From the NCBI GenBank assembly GCA_963726245.1, contig CAVSBT010000015.1:128001-192000 (forward strand): DNA of 64,000 nucleotides, in the 5' to 3' direction. The notes beneath the pieces were generated by a model. It worked only from the letters and a program-made list of their open reading frames with translations, ran no database searches and was not told the DNA's origin. This stretch comes from an uncultured Chloroflexia bacterium. GTDB lineage: Bacteria; Chloroflexota; Dehalococcoidia; DSTF01; JALHUB01. The position numbers were made by a program, and so were the translations under genes. Each line of letters opens with the position of its first letter. Within the stretch, counting starts at the first letter, position 1. Below are positions 51,051-62,013 of this stretch, piece by piece.

Positions 51051-52263
51051 CTAGCAGCCTCTGACGACATCGTGCACGTCGCGCGATGCGAAGCGCCCCT
51101 AACCCGCCGGCCAGCAGCAAAACCCCTGCTATTCCAAGTCCCATGGCAATGACGACAGGCCAGCCCTCCGATGCTCCCGCCTGTTGACCGCCCGTTCCCG
51201 TGTTCGGAAGAGCCCTGACCACCTGCGGCGATGGGGCCGATGGGCCTGCTGCAACGTTCACTGTCCCCTTCATGCCCTCGTCGCCGTGAAGGAGGCAGAG
51301 ATAAGCGAAGCTCCCCGCCTGTGTGAACTTGACGCTGAACGTCTGCGTAGGGAACCCCTGGCCGATGAACCCGGAATTCAGATACCCGGTGCCGTTGTAT
51401 ACGTTGCCACCGGCCGGAATCACGGCCTGCGGGTTCAAGTACAGGAGCGGCGCCCCAGCGCTCTGCGGCTGTGGGTTAAAGAGCTGAGGCTCGGCGGTTC
51501 CGCCGAGGAATGTGACCGTGTGGGGCGTAGGGGTCGAGTTCGTCCATGTCACCGTGTCCCCCACCTGGATGTTGATGGCGGAAGGCAGGAACTGCGAAAG
51601 GTCTGCCTCATCCACCATACCGCCGACGGTGACATGCCAGTTCGTCGAGCCATCCGGCAGCGCTTCGCTGGTGAGCGTTGTCTGTTGCGCCAGTTGCTCT
51701 CCTTTTTGGAGCAGTGCGTTGCGCTCGGCCGTCGCGCGCGCGTCCACCGTCGACTGACTGTCAGCCGGAGCCGTGGCCGCCACGACGTTTACAGTGAGCT
51801 CCATGCCCGAACCGTGGACAAGACAGATGGCCTTGAACGTGCCGGCCGATTTGAAGATGACATCGGCCGTCTGATCCTTCTGTAACAGACCAACATTGAA
51901 GTACTTCGACGAGTCGAACGATGCGGGCGAAGCTGGGGATGTTGGATTGACCGCCTCAGGGTTGAGCAGGAATTGGGGAGGTCCCGACGGACCGGGAATG
52001 ATGAAGTCCGGGGCAGTGTGGCCCGCCGGCACGAAGCTTACCGTGTGGATCTCTGCAAACGGATTGACGAAGTGAATGGTGTCGCCGACGTGGATCGTCA
52101 CGGAGTCCGGGAAGAAATCGTTTGCGGAAACGCCGTTTTCCCCACCGCCAGCGTCAATCGTGATGGTCTGTGCCGTGGGCGCCGCGAGAGCGACGCCTGT
52201 TGACACCATGGAAAACGCCAGAACCGCCGCACCGACTGCAGCGCCGAGAATGCGCTTGTTCAT
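51051..52263 (-). CDS. Secreted tandem cupredoxin (two blue-copper domains) with LPNTG sorting signal; 3' end uncertain
   Basis: Signal peptide; HTVSF..CLVHGSGM and HTVTF..CLLHGDEGM; LPNTG + hydrophobic + RIARRAR; called ORF runs on antisense to the tRNA. Confidence 0.8.
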
Positions 52264-52609
52264 TGGTGGCACCCCTCCTTGAGCGAATCTGCCCAGGCCT
52301 TTCTCCTTCGGTCCTAGTGTTGGTTGCTTCCTAAACGCGTCATCACTGTACAGAGTAACTGTCCTCTGTGAAGGGGCTGTGAATTCGCTGGCGGGGTTGC
52401 GTGAAAGAACCGTGAAGGTCTCGCGAGCTGTGCGCGACGGAGGGAGATGCGACGGGTTGGGCTCTTGCTCGCGCGGGCCACGGTTTCCCGCTACGCAGCC
52501 ATCAGGGCCGCTGAGACGGCCAGGGCAGCCCATCGGCGATCAGTTCGGCGGGGTAGGGCATGGCAGGCGCGCTCAGCGGGCCGACATGATACGAGCGAGG
52601 CGATGCACC

Positions 52610-52835
52610 ATCGATAGCGTAATCATCTTCGAGGTGGAGGAGTCGCCAGAAGGCAGGTACAACCCAGGGCCCTCGGTCACTCCATCTGCACGCAGGCCGA
52701 GACCATCGCTGAACTGAAGGCGATAGTGCAGGATGCCGTGCGCTGTCACTTCGAGAATAAGGATAGGCCTCGCGTCATCCGCCTGCATCTCATCGAGGAC
52801 GAGGTGATCGCCGTTTGAAGCTGCCCCGTGACCTC
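52610..52835 (+). pseudogene. HicB-like antitoxin (degenerate start, frameshift) plus first codons of a HicA-like toxin
   Basis: IIFEVEESPEG..RALGHSICTQAETIAELKAIVQDAVRCHF..VIRLH..EVIAV*, overlapped by TTG-KLPRDL. Confidence 0.7.
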
Positions 52836-52850
52836 GTTGAACGTAGCCGG

Positions 52851-54128
52851 TCACGCGGCCAGGGCGGCGGCGAACGTGCTCTCCAGGTCCTCCGGTCGCA
52901 CCTTGGCGGCCGCTGCCAGCTTGGCCCTCATCTCGGGGTCTTCCAGATCGCGCCGCTCCAGTCGCTGCATGTAGTCGCGGGCCACCCGGTAATACTCCGA
53001 CTCGATATCGACCAGGCGAACGCGGGTGCGGCCCGTGGCCGGGTCGCGGAGGTCTTCGAAAGGCAGAGCCTGCAACCGCCCTTCCTCCAGGCAGACGAGG
53101 CCGCCGTAGCGCAGGTTCTCGCCCGCCGGCTCCGTGAGCAGGAACTGGACGGCGCCGTGCCCCAGCGTGCGCGTGTAGTCGATGTCAAAGGGGATGGGTG
53201 GGGCGCAGCGCAGCTCGTATCCCAGAGTCACGTCAGCAATCGATAGCCGCTGGCCGCGGGCGGCGAGACGCTTGAGGATTTCGCGCTTGAGGATCGTGGC
53301 CAGGGGTATCTCAGCCAGCAAAATGTGGCCATAGGGGTCATATCCCACCACCACGTCTGTGATACCGGCCAGCTCTTCGGGGTCCAGCTTGCCGGCGACG
53401 CCTTCGCCGATGACCACCAGGCCGTCTTTGCGGCCCAACACGCATCGCTTCAGGATCGCGGCCTCCAGGACCGTGCAGACCTCGTTCAGGGTGATGCGTT
53501 CCTTTTGGAACTCCTCTGCGATGACGGTCAGGGTGGCGCTGGCGGACTTGCCGATGCCCAGCGCCAGGTGGCCGGCCCTTCGACCCATGACGACCGTGAA
53601 GAACCAGCGGCTGGTCGTGCGAGAGTCCTCCATGAGGTTCAGCACCAGGGCGGCGCCGACGTGGCGGGCGGTCTCGTAGCCGAAGGTCGGCATGCCGGCG
53701 GGAAGCGGCAGGTCGTTGTCGATGGTCTTTGGCACGTGAGCGACCCTGACCTTGCCCTGTGCGGCCTTGGCTACCTCGAAGGCGGCGAACGCCGTGTCGT
53801 CGCCGCCGATCGTTATGAGATCGCTGATGCCCAACTCCTGGAGAGCACCGGTCGTACGCTCCAGGTGCTCCGCCTTGCGCGTCGGGTTGGCGCGGGAGGT
53901 GCGCAGGATCGAGCCGCCTTGCACATGGATGCGCGACACGTCGGGAATGGCCAGCGGACGTACCATGTCCGTGCGCCCGTTCAGCAAGTGCTCAAAGCCG
54001 TCATAAATGCCTATGACGTCCAGGCCTCTGTTCCGGGCTTCAATCGTCGCAGAGCTAATGGCGCTGTTGATGCCAGGGGCGGGGCCTCCTCCAACCAGGA
54101 TCCCCAGCCGCCTTTGTTCCGTGACCAT
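52851..54128 (-). CDS. pfp: Pyrophosphate-dependent 6-phosphofructokinase
   Basis: GGGPAPGIN, GGDDT (PPi-type Asp), PKTIDND, MGRRAG, GYELR. Confidence 0.88.
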   Translation of the reverse strand: MVTEQRRLGILVGGGPAPGINSAISSATIEARNRGLDVIGIYDGFEHLLNGRTDMVRPLAIPDVSRIHVQGGSILRTSRANPTRKAEHLERTTGALQELGISDLITIGGDDTAFAAFEVAKAAQGKVRVAHVPKTIDNDLPLPAGMPTFGYETARHVGAALVLNLMEDSRTTSRWFFTVVMGRRAGHLALGIGKSASATLTVIAEEFQKERITLNEVCTVLEAAILKRCVLGRKDGLVVIGEGVAGKLDPEELAGITDVVVGYDPYGHILLAEIPLATILKREILKRLAARGQRLSIADVTLGYELRCAPPIPFDIDYTRTLGHGAVQFLLTEPAGENLRYGGLVCLEEGRLQALPFEDLRDPATGRTRVRLVDIESEYYRVARDYMQRLERRDLEDPEMRAKLAAAAKVRPEDLESTFAAALAA

Positions 54129-54296
54129 TCCGGCGTTTCTCCTGCTGCTGATCGCGATCAGATTAGTATCGTCTTATCGCGCCGCCTTCGCAAGGGGAGG
54201 CCGCATGCGCAGGAGGCGGCCTGTGCGGCGGGTCGGGGGTGTGGCACGCGCAGAAGGCGGGCCATATAATGGCGGCGATTGTGGAGGAGGCTCGAG

Positions 54297-55869
54297 ATGT
54301 ATCGGAAAGGCGAGTCGAACAGGTTCAAGCTCCTTGCGGGCGTGTTTCTGTTGGCGGTGTTTCTGCTGCCACTGGCTGTGTCCTGCAACGGAGGGGAATC
54401 CACCAGTGCAACGCCAACGGCAACGGGAACGGACCTCCTCGTCGATCCAATCAAGCTGGACGCCGGATACGTTTCCGGGACGATGGTCGGCGATCTGGGA
54501 AAAGAGGTACGTGTCTATCGTGGGATCCCGTATGCTGCGCCACCTCTGGGGGACCTGCGGTGGAAGCCGCCGCAACCGGTTGCACCGTGGTCGGGCATAC
54601 GCGAGGCGACAGTCTTCAGCAGCATGTGCCCCCAGCAGAAGGCCAGTTGGGTCCCGGGGACCATCAGTGAGGATTGCCTCTACCTGAACGTGTTCACCCC
54701 GGCCAAGAAGACCAGCGAGCGGTTGCCGGTGATGGTCTGGTTCCACGGCGGCGGCTTTGCCGTCGGCTCGGCCAACCAGCTGCCGTACAGCTGGCCCGCT
54801 CTTCCCCAGCACGGTGTGGTCATGGTGGGTGTGAACCATCGACTTGGGCCTATGGGCCTGCTCGCTCTCCCTCAGCTCTCCAAGGAATCGCCCAACGGTG
54901 TGTCGGGCAACTACATGTTCCTCGACCTGATTGCCTCCTTGAAGTGGGTGCAGACCAACATCGAGGCCTTTGGCGGGGACCCGAACAACGTCACGATCTT
55001 CGGTGAGTCCGGCGGCGGCGGCAAGACCGACGCCCTGATGGCTTCGCCCCTGGCCACGGGACTTTTCCAGCACGCGATCCTCGAAAGCGGTGCCAACTCC
55101 GAGGGCGTCGGCATCCGGTCGGTGACGACCCTGAAGGACGCGGAGGCGCTGGGCGAACAACTGGTGGCCAAGCTCGGCATTCCGGAGAACGGGGACGTGC
55201 TGGCGGCGCTTCGTGCCACTCCCTATCAGCAGATCCTCGACGCGAGTGCCGAGATGAGCAAACAAGTGACGGCGTCGATGCCAGAGGCAGAGGGGGTTAG
55301 CGTCCTGGATAATCTGGTGGTAGACGGCTGGTTTATGCCGGATACGCCAACAAACGTGTTCAATGCTGGCAAGCAGAACGACGTCTCCCTGATAACGTGC
55401 ACAAACCTGGGGGAACTGACGGCCGAAAAGACTGTCATCCACCTGCCGTATCTGATCGGCGCGTACACGACCAGGTTGACCGCTGTCGGCAAGAGCGGCA
55501 ACAAAGGCTACGCCGCCCTGTTCACGTCAGGTGCCGAGCACATGGAAGAAAGAGGGCATCTTGGCCTTCCACGGGATTGAGCTAGCGTATGTCTTCGGCT
55601 TGCTGGCCGTACTCCCGAATCCCGTATTCTACAACGCATTTGCCCATCCTTCAGGCGCGGAAAGCCAGGACCCTGGGCTTACCGAAGACGACCAGCAGGT
55701 ATCTGAGGCAATGATGACCATGTGGGCCCAGTTCGCCAAGACTGGAGACCCGAACGTCGGAGGCCTCGTCGAGTGGCCGGGCTGGGATCCTAGTAACGAC
55801 CAGTACCTTGACATAAAGTGGCCGCTGGAGGTCAAGTCCGGCTATTCGAAGATCGTCCCGCAGCAATGA
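54297..55869 (+). CDS. Type-B carboxylesterase lipoprotein (frameshift near 55529)
   Basis: GIPYAAPP, SEDCLYLN, HGGG, FGESGG, FHGIEL, FAKTGDPN; lipobox AVSC; TATAAT at 54265. Confidence 0.92.
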
Positions 55870-55974
55870 TGCGGGACGGGCAGAAGGTGAGGCGGCCGCT
55901 CTTTTGCTCGCCCGTTGTTGCTTTGCTATACTGCAGTCGAGGCCCGCTACGAGGCCTCGGATAGGTCAGCTAGG

Positions 55975-56766
55975 ATGCCGAAGACTCGCAAGCCTCCGAG
56001 GAGGCGGCGCACCAAACCGTATAACGCTGCCGACTGGACCACCGGTCGCGCCAAGGCGCGGTTCCCGTTCTCCCTCTTCAAGAACATTAAGTTGTTTTAC
56101 ATACTCGGGGGGCTGATCATGGTCGGCAGCGTGGGAATAGGCGCGTTTGGGGTGGGCAGGTCGAGTAGCAAGACCGTCCAGACCGCGACGCCTCAATCGA
56201 CCGCCGAAGGCACGGTGACACCGGAGGCAACGGCGGTGGGGACGCCGACGCCGGCGGCGCAGCGCTACAGCGGCCCACCCGCCATGACCATCGATCCCAC
56301 CAAGAGCTACTCCGCGGTCATCCACACCGACAAGGGCGACATCACGGTGCAGCTCTTCGCTCAGCAGGCTCCGCAAACGGTCAACGACTTCGTCTTCCTG
56401 GCCAAAGACGGCTTCTACAACGGGCTCACCTTCTTCTGGGTGAAGCCGGGCTTCGTGGCGCAGACGGGTGACCCGGAGAACACCGGCCATGGCGGCCCCG
56501 GCTACACCATTCCCGACGAGAACAGCGGAGAGCCTTTCGTGGCCGGCACCGTCGGCATGGCCAAGAAGAGCGACGAAGCCAATTCTGCCGGCAGCCAGTT
56601 CTTCATCACATTGAGTGACCAGACCCAGCTCAACGGCGAGTTCACGTCCTTTGGGAAAGTGGTGGCGGGCATGGACGTGCTGCTGTCGCTCACTCCCAGA
56701 GATCCTCCCGGCGCCGACCTGCCTCCTGGCGACAAGGTCCTGAGCATCGACATCCTGGGGGGCTAG
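55975..56766 (+). CDS. Membrane-anchored cyclophilin-type peptidyl-prolyl isomerase
   Basis: APQTVNDF, GFYNGL, QTGDP, GPGYTI, GSQFFIT, FGKV. Confidence 0.9.
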   Translation: MPKTRKPPRRRRTKPYNAADWTTGRAKARFPFSLFKNIKLFYILGGLIMVGSVGIGAFGVGRSSSKTVQTATPQSTAEGTVTPEATAVGTPTPAAQRYSGPPAMTIDPTKSYSAVIHTDKGDITVQLFAQQAPQTVNDFVFLAKDGFYNGLTFFWVKPGFVAQTGDPENTGHGGPGYTIPDENSGEPFVAGTVGMAKKSDEANSAGSQFFITLSDQTQLNGEFTSFGKVVAGMDVLLSLTPRDPPGADLPPGDKVLSIDILGG

Positions 56767-56786
56767 GGAGAATAGAAAGGAATCGC

Positions 56787-56814
56787 AGGAGCCGGCCCAC
56801 GTGGGCCGGCTCCT
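56787..56814. terminator. Perfect 28-bp palindrome between convergent genes
   Basis: AGGAGCCGGCCCAC|GTGGGCCGGCTCCT. Confidence 0.7.
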
Positions 56815-56844
56815 TCATTGTGTGCTGATCGAGGCCGCCTTCGC

Positions 56845-57957
56845 TCAGGGGCGGCTGGCCGGGTCGCCGCCCGGGGCCTCAGGCAGAGCCTCGGACAGCG
56901 TGTCCAGCAAGAGGCGGGCGGCGATGCGGGCCGTGGCCCCGGAGAAGTCGTAGACGGGGTTGACCTCGGTTACGTCGAATCCCACCAGCCGGCAGCGCTC
57001 CGCGATCACGGAGACGGCGTCCCGCAACTGGTAGAAGCTGAGGCCGCCTGGCTCCGGATAGCCCGTGCCGGAGGCCAGGGCCGGATCCATCACGTCGATG
57101 TCGATGCTGACGTAGCAGTCGGTCTCGATCTTCACCTCGGCCAGCGCTCGTTCCGCGCCCTCGCGGACAAGGCGCTCCGCGGGAACGATCTGGATGCCGC
57201 GGGCCAGAGCCGCCTGCCAGGGCTCGATCTGGGCCATGAGCTCCCGGATGCCGATCTGGACGATATGGCGCACGTGGGGCAGCTCGCTGGTGCGGCGCAT
57301 GTGGTTGTCGTGGGAGAAGCGCACCCCGAACTTCTCGTCGGTGTAGTCCTGGTGGGCGTCGAACTGGACCACGGTCAGAGGCCGGTCGTCGAAGGCGCGG
57401 ACGATTGGGAAGGTGATGGCGTGGTCTCCTCCCACGAAGACAGGAAAGGCGCCCGAGGCCCGCACCAGGCGAGCGGCCTCGGTGATGATCTGGAAGTTCT
57501 CCGTCAGGTCGACAGTGCGCACGTCAACGTCGCCCACGTCCAGCATGCTGACGCCACGCAGCATGTGAAGTCCGCGCTCAGGGTCGAACCAGCCGGCGCC
57601 ATGGGCGGTTTGGAAGCGCATGGAGGCGTCGCGGATGGCGGCCGGACCGAAGCGGGCGCCGGGCCGGTCGTTGGTGGCGCCGTCGAAGGGCACCCCCAGG
57701 AAGGCAACGTCCGCCTTCAGCGCCGACAGGTCCTCCAGAACCGGGGAGCCGAAGAACGAGGCCGCCCCGTGGCGGATGACGCCGCCGCCGCCGCGGGGGA
57801 TGGCGTCGGTGGAAGGTTTTCGAATCACGACGGTAGAAGTCCTCTCGGATACATTATCGGCCTTTTCGTCTCGACTGGGGTAGGGCAGGTGAGGATGGCC
57901 TGGGCCGGGTGAGGTGAAAAGGCCGCGGGCCGCTGTAAGCGGCCCGCGGTCGGGCAT
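56845..57957 (-). CDS. Ureohydrolase (agmatinase-like); true start probably near 57830
   Basis: GVPFD, PGARFGP, GGDH, DAHQD, SIDIDVMDP, EPGG, EVNP. Confidence 0.9.
   Translation of the reverse strand: MPDRGPLTAARGLFTSPGPGHPHLPYPSRDEKADNVSERTSTVVIRKPSTDAIPRGGGGVIRHGAASFFGSPVLEDLSALKADVAFLGVPFDGATNDRPGARFGPAAIRDASMRFQTAHGAGWFDPERGLHMLRGVSMLDVGDVDVRTVDLTENFQIITEAARLVRASGAFPVFVGGDHAITFPIVRAFDDRPLTVVQFDAHQDYTDEKFGVRFSHDNHMRRTSELPHVRHIVQIGIRELMAQIEPWQAALARGIQIVPAERLVREGAERALAEVKIETDCYVSIDIDVMDPALASGTGYPEPGGLSFYQLRDAVSVIAERCRLVGFDVTEVNPVYDFSGATARIAARLLLDTLSEALPEAPGGDPASRP
57917..57951 (-). terminator. Intrinsic terminator after ALDH
   Basis: GACCGCGGGCCGCT-TAC-AGCGGCCCGCGGCC-TTTT on minus strand. 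Confidence 0.8.
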
Positions 57958-57982
57958 CCATAGTGTTGGGGGCTCAGCGGGG

Positions 57983-59471
57983 CTACGCGTCGACGTCTAT
58001 CTGCGCCTTCTGGAGCTTGCCGCTGTAGTCCACGAAGACCGTCTTCCACTCCGTGTATGTGTCCAGGGCGGCCTGGCCGGCCTCGCGGTGCCCGTTGCCC
58101 GTGCCTCTCGTGCCGCCGAAGGGCAGGTGCACCTCGGCGCCGATGGTACCGGCGTTGACGTAGAGCAGGCCGGTGGTGATCCCCTCGATGGCGCGGAATG
58201 TCTGGTTGACACTACGGGTGTAGATGGAGGTGGAGAGGCCAAAGGGCACGTCATTGTTGACGTCGATAGCCTCTTCCAGGCTGTCGACGGCGATGACGGC
58301 GGTGACGGGCCCGAAGATCTCCTCCTGCGCCACCCGCATGTTCCGCTTCACCTCGGTGAAAACGGTTGGCCGGAAGAAGAAGCCCTTCGCCAGCGGGCCG
58401 GCGTTGGCGACGCTGCCGCCGCAGGCGATGGTGGCGCCCTCCTTGCGGGCTACCTCCATGTAGCCATCGATCTTCATTAGCTGCTCCTGGTTGACGACCG
58501 GGCCCACGTCGGTGCCCTCTTCGAGGCCGTGGCCCAGGCGCAGGGCTTCCGTGCGGGGGATGAGCCGCTTGGTGAGCTCCGCCAGGATGCCACGCTGGAC
58601 GATGATCCGGCTGGCCGCGGTGCAACGCTGGCCGCTGGTGCCGAAGGCGCTCCAGATGATGCCGTCCAGGGCGAGGCCGAGGTCGGCGTCGTCCATGACG
58701 ATGATGGCGTTCTTGCCGCCCATCTCCAGGTGAAGGCGCTTGCCGAGCCGGGCTGCCTGCAGGGCAATGCCCTTTCCCACCTCGTTGGAGCCGGTGAAGG
58801 AGACAAGGTCGATACTGGGGTGCTCCACCAGCGGCGTCCCGGCCTCGCCACCGCTGCCGAAGACTACGTTCAGCACGCCCGGCGGCAGGCCGGCCTCCTC
58901 CAGCGTCTTGGCCAGGTTCCAGGCGCTCTTCGGGCGTATCGCTGGCCGGCTTGAAGACCACGGTGTTGCCGCCGATGAGGGCGGGCATGATCTTCCAGGC
59001 CGGGATGGCCATGGGGAAGTTCCAGGGTGTGATGGCGGCCACCACCCCTATCGGCTGGCGCACGCACATGGCGAACTTGTCAGGCAGCTCGGAGGGAGTG
59101 GTCTGCCCAAAGCAGCGTCGACCCTCGCCGCCCATGTAGTAGGTCATGTCGATGGCTTCCTGGACGTCGCCGCGGGTCTCCTTCAGGACCTTCCCCATCT
59201 CCGGCGTCATCTCGCGGGCGAACTCCTCCTTGCGCTGGACGAGGATCTCACCGGCACGAAAGAGGATCTCGCCGCGGCGAGGCCCCGGCATGGCCCGCCA
59301 GGCGTCGAACGCCTTGCAGGCGGCGTCCACGGCTTCGTTCACGTCCTCCGCGCCCGAGCGGGGGAATACTCCGAGCACCTCACCCGAAGCGGGGTCGATG
59401 TTCTCTCGGGTACCGCCGCTCCGGGCCGGCACCCAGCGGCCGCCGATCCAGTTCTGGTAGGTAGTCACCAT
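57983..59471 (-). CDS. Aldehyde dehydrogenase (frameshift near 58930)
   Basis: ITPWNFP, FKPAS, FTGS, EMGGKNA, GQRCTA, EEIFGPV, PFGG. Confidence 0.94.
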
Positions 59472-59850
59472 GTCGAAGATACCTCCTGGCGTGAAAAGCC
59501 ACGTAGTATTTGGCCCCCATGATACCATCTCGGGGCGTTACAGCCCGCGATTCCCCGCTGAGGCCACCGACGGGTATTGAAGGTAAGGCCATTCTTGCAT
59601 ACACTTCACCGCTGGAACCATTGAGTCGACCTTCGGACCTAGGGCGGACCAACCGACCAAACCCGCGGCGACCTGGCCTAGCCCAGTAGTGCCAGATGGT
59701 GCATAATGGCACCCGTGGCTTCCCCAGGCCGGAGTTCTGCCCGGGGAGGTCGCGCCAACCAACTCAAAGGCTCCTATTGGCTTGCCGGTGGCGGGATCCG
59801 TTGAAGAGTGCCCCGAGCCTGATCGGAAAGGCTGAGGAACTGGAACAGCC

Positions 59851-60731
59851 GTGAGCGAGTTCATCCAGCAGGTAGCTATCGGGCTGGCCACGGGCAGCAT
59901 CTACGCGCTCATGGCGCTCGCCATCGTCCTCATCTACCGCTCCACAGAGATCGTGAACTTCGCTCAGGGCGAGATGGCGATGCTGAGTACGTTCATCGCC
60001 TGGAGCTTCCTGAATCAGTTCGGCTACTGGCAGGCCTTCTTCTTTGGCATCATAGCGGCGGCGATTCTCGGCGGCGCTCTGGAACGGGTACTGCTGCGGC
60101 CGGTGGAGGAGGGGCCTGTCCTCAACCCTGTGATCCTGACCATTGGGCTGTTCACGGTGCTCAACAGCGTCGCGCTCTGGCTCTACGGCGGCGACCCGAA
60201 GCCCTTCCCGACCGCGCCTCCGTTTCGAGGCAGTGCGCTGGAGATCGGTCCGGTGATAATCAGCAGGGCGAACGTGGGCGTCTTCTGCACGGCCGTCATC
60301 CTCATGGTGATCCTGTACGGCCTGTTCAATTTCACCAAGATAGGATTGGCCATGCGGGGCACCGCTATCAACCGCACGGCCGCGCGCCTGGTGGGCATCC
60401 GGGCAGGACAGATGCTTACCTTGGGATGGGCGCTGTCGGCGGCGGTAGGGGCAATAGCGGGCATGCTGGCGGCGCCGGTGCTGGCGCTCTCCACCAACAT
60501 GATGCTGGCGGTGATTCTTTTCGCCTTCGCCGGAGCAGTTCTTGGAGGGTTGACTAGTCCCATGGGCGCCATCCTGGGCGGGCTCATGCTCGGCGTGATC
60601 CAGAACCTTGCCGCCACCTACAACCCACAAAGTCGTCCATTGATCTGCCTGTGGCTTTCATAGTCATAATCGCCGTGCTGATGGTCAAACCCACGGGTCT
60701 GCTGGGCAAGCGGACGGTGAGGAGGGTTTAG
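59851..60731 (+). CDS. Branched-chain amino acid ABC permease LivH-like (frameshift near 60630)
   Basis: GSIYAL, NFAQG, GLAMR, VLGG; KPTGLLG in shifted frame. Confidence 0.9.
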
Positions 60732-61931
60732 GTGACCAGAACTCTCCCGCCAGCGCGGGTAGTCTGGCTGGTCCTGCTGGGTGTCCTTCTGTTTGTCTTC
60801 CCCTACCTTCACAGCGTGCTGGGCTTCATGAGCGGGTGGCCGATCATAGGCTGGGTCTTGGTGCCTTTCCGGGTCTTCCAGGCCATGCGGTTCGGAGTCT
60901 GGCTCATCGTCCTGATGGGACTCAATCTGCTGACCGGGTACAACGGCCAGATCTCCCTCGGGTATGCCGCGTTTGTGGCGGTTGGCGCCTACGTTGCGGC
61001 GATTCTCATGACCCAGTACGGGGTACACGTCATACTCGCAGTGGTAGCGGCAGGCGCATTCACGGGCGTCGTCGGCTTTCTGGTGGGGGCGCCCGCGCTG
61101 CGGCTCAGCGGCCCCTACCTTGCTATCGCCACCCTCGCCCTGGTCATAGCCTTTCCTCAGGTGGTGAAGCATGACCTTGTGGCCGACTGGACGCACGCTT
61201 CTCAGGGCATCAACTTCTATGAGGCCGGGACTCCACCGCTTCCACCTGGAGTTCTGGAGGGCCGGGTCGACAACAACCAGTGGCTGTACTACTGTGCGAT
61301 GGTCCCCGCCGTCATCATGACGGTACTGGCCTGGAACCTGACGCGGAGCCGTATCGGGCGCGCCTTCCTGGCGGTGCGGGACACTGAGTTGGGCGCCGGA
61401 CAGATGGGCGTAAACGTGTCGCTATACAAGATGACGGCGTTCGGGATCAGCTCATTCTATGCGGGGATCGGCGGCGCCCTGTTCGTCTTCACGGAGGCGG
61501 TACTCGGTCCCTCCACTTTCGACGTCAACATATCTATCACTATGCTTGTCATGGTCGTACTGGGTGGCCTCGCCTCTATCATGGGGAGCATCTTTGCGGC
61601 GTTGATCATGGCGTTGCGTGTGGAGTTTGTGAATGCGATTGTGGGTGTCGTTCCGCGGGGTCAGGAGATCCGTATCGATGCCCTGCGGGGGGCCATATAC
61701 GGAGGCCTGCTCGTAATCGCCGTCATTACGGGGCCGTGGGGGCTGGCCGGCGCCATCCGGAGGCTTCCCCTGGCAAAAGAACGTTTGATGGCGGGCAAGT
61801 TCCGCTTTCCCAGTGTGAGCGGGATGATACGTCCCGCAGTGCGGCCGTTTCTGCTCCGCGGTTCGCGCGGCGCGAAGCCGGCCGATCCTAGCCGCCAGGA
61901 TGGCACGGAGGCTCAAGACGAGCCGCACTAA
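60732..61931 (+). CDS. Branched-chain amino acid ABC permease LivM-like
   Basis: GLNLLTGYNGQISLG, LRLSGPYLAIATL, GRAFLAVRD. Confidence 0.9.
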   Translation: MTRTLPPARVVWLVLLGVLLFVFPYLHSVLGFMSGWPIIGWVLVPFRVFQAMRFGVWLIVLMGLNLLTGYNGQISLGYAAFVAVGAYVAAILMTQYGVHVILAVVAAGAFTGVVGFLVGAPALRLSGPYLAIATLALVIAFPQVVKHDLVADWTHASQGINFYEAGTPPLPPGVLEGRVDNNQWLYYCAMVPAVIMTVLAWNLTRSRIGRAFLAVRDTELGAGQMGVNVSLYKMTAFGISSFYAGIGGALFVFTEAVLGPSTFDVNISITMLVMVVLGGLASIMGSIFAALIMALRVEFVNAIVGVVPRGQEIRIDALRGAIYGGLLVIAVITGPWGLAGAIRRLPLAKERLMAGKFRFPSVSGMIRPAVRPFLLRGSRGAKPADPSRQDGTEAQDEPH

Positions 61932-62013
61932 AAGGGGGGTGATAGGCATCGCCTATAGCCAGCGATCTGAAGTCGGAACGAGGCCAAGGCTATTAGTACA
62001 AGGGAGAGATAAT

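Noticed and set aside
51021-55870. Integrative element at tRNA-Arg
   Set aside because: No integrase and no duplicated tRNA 3' end was found by eye; only a loose cluster of accessory genes.
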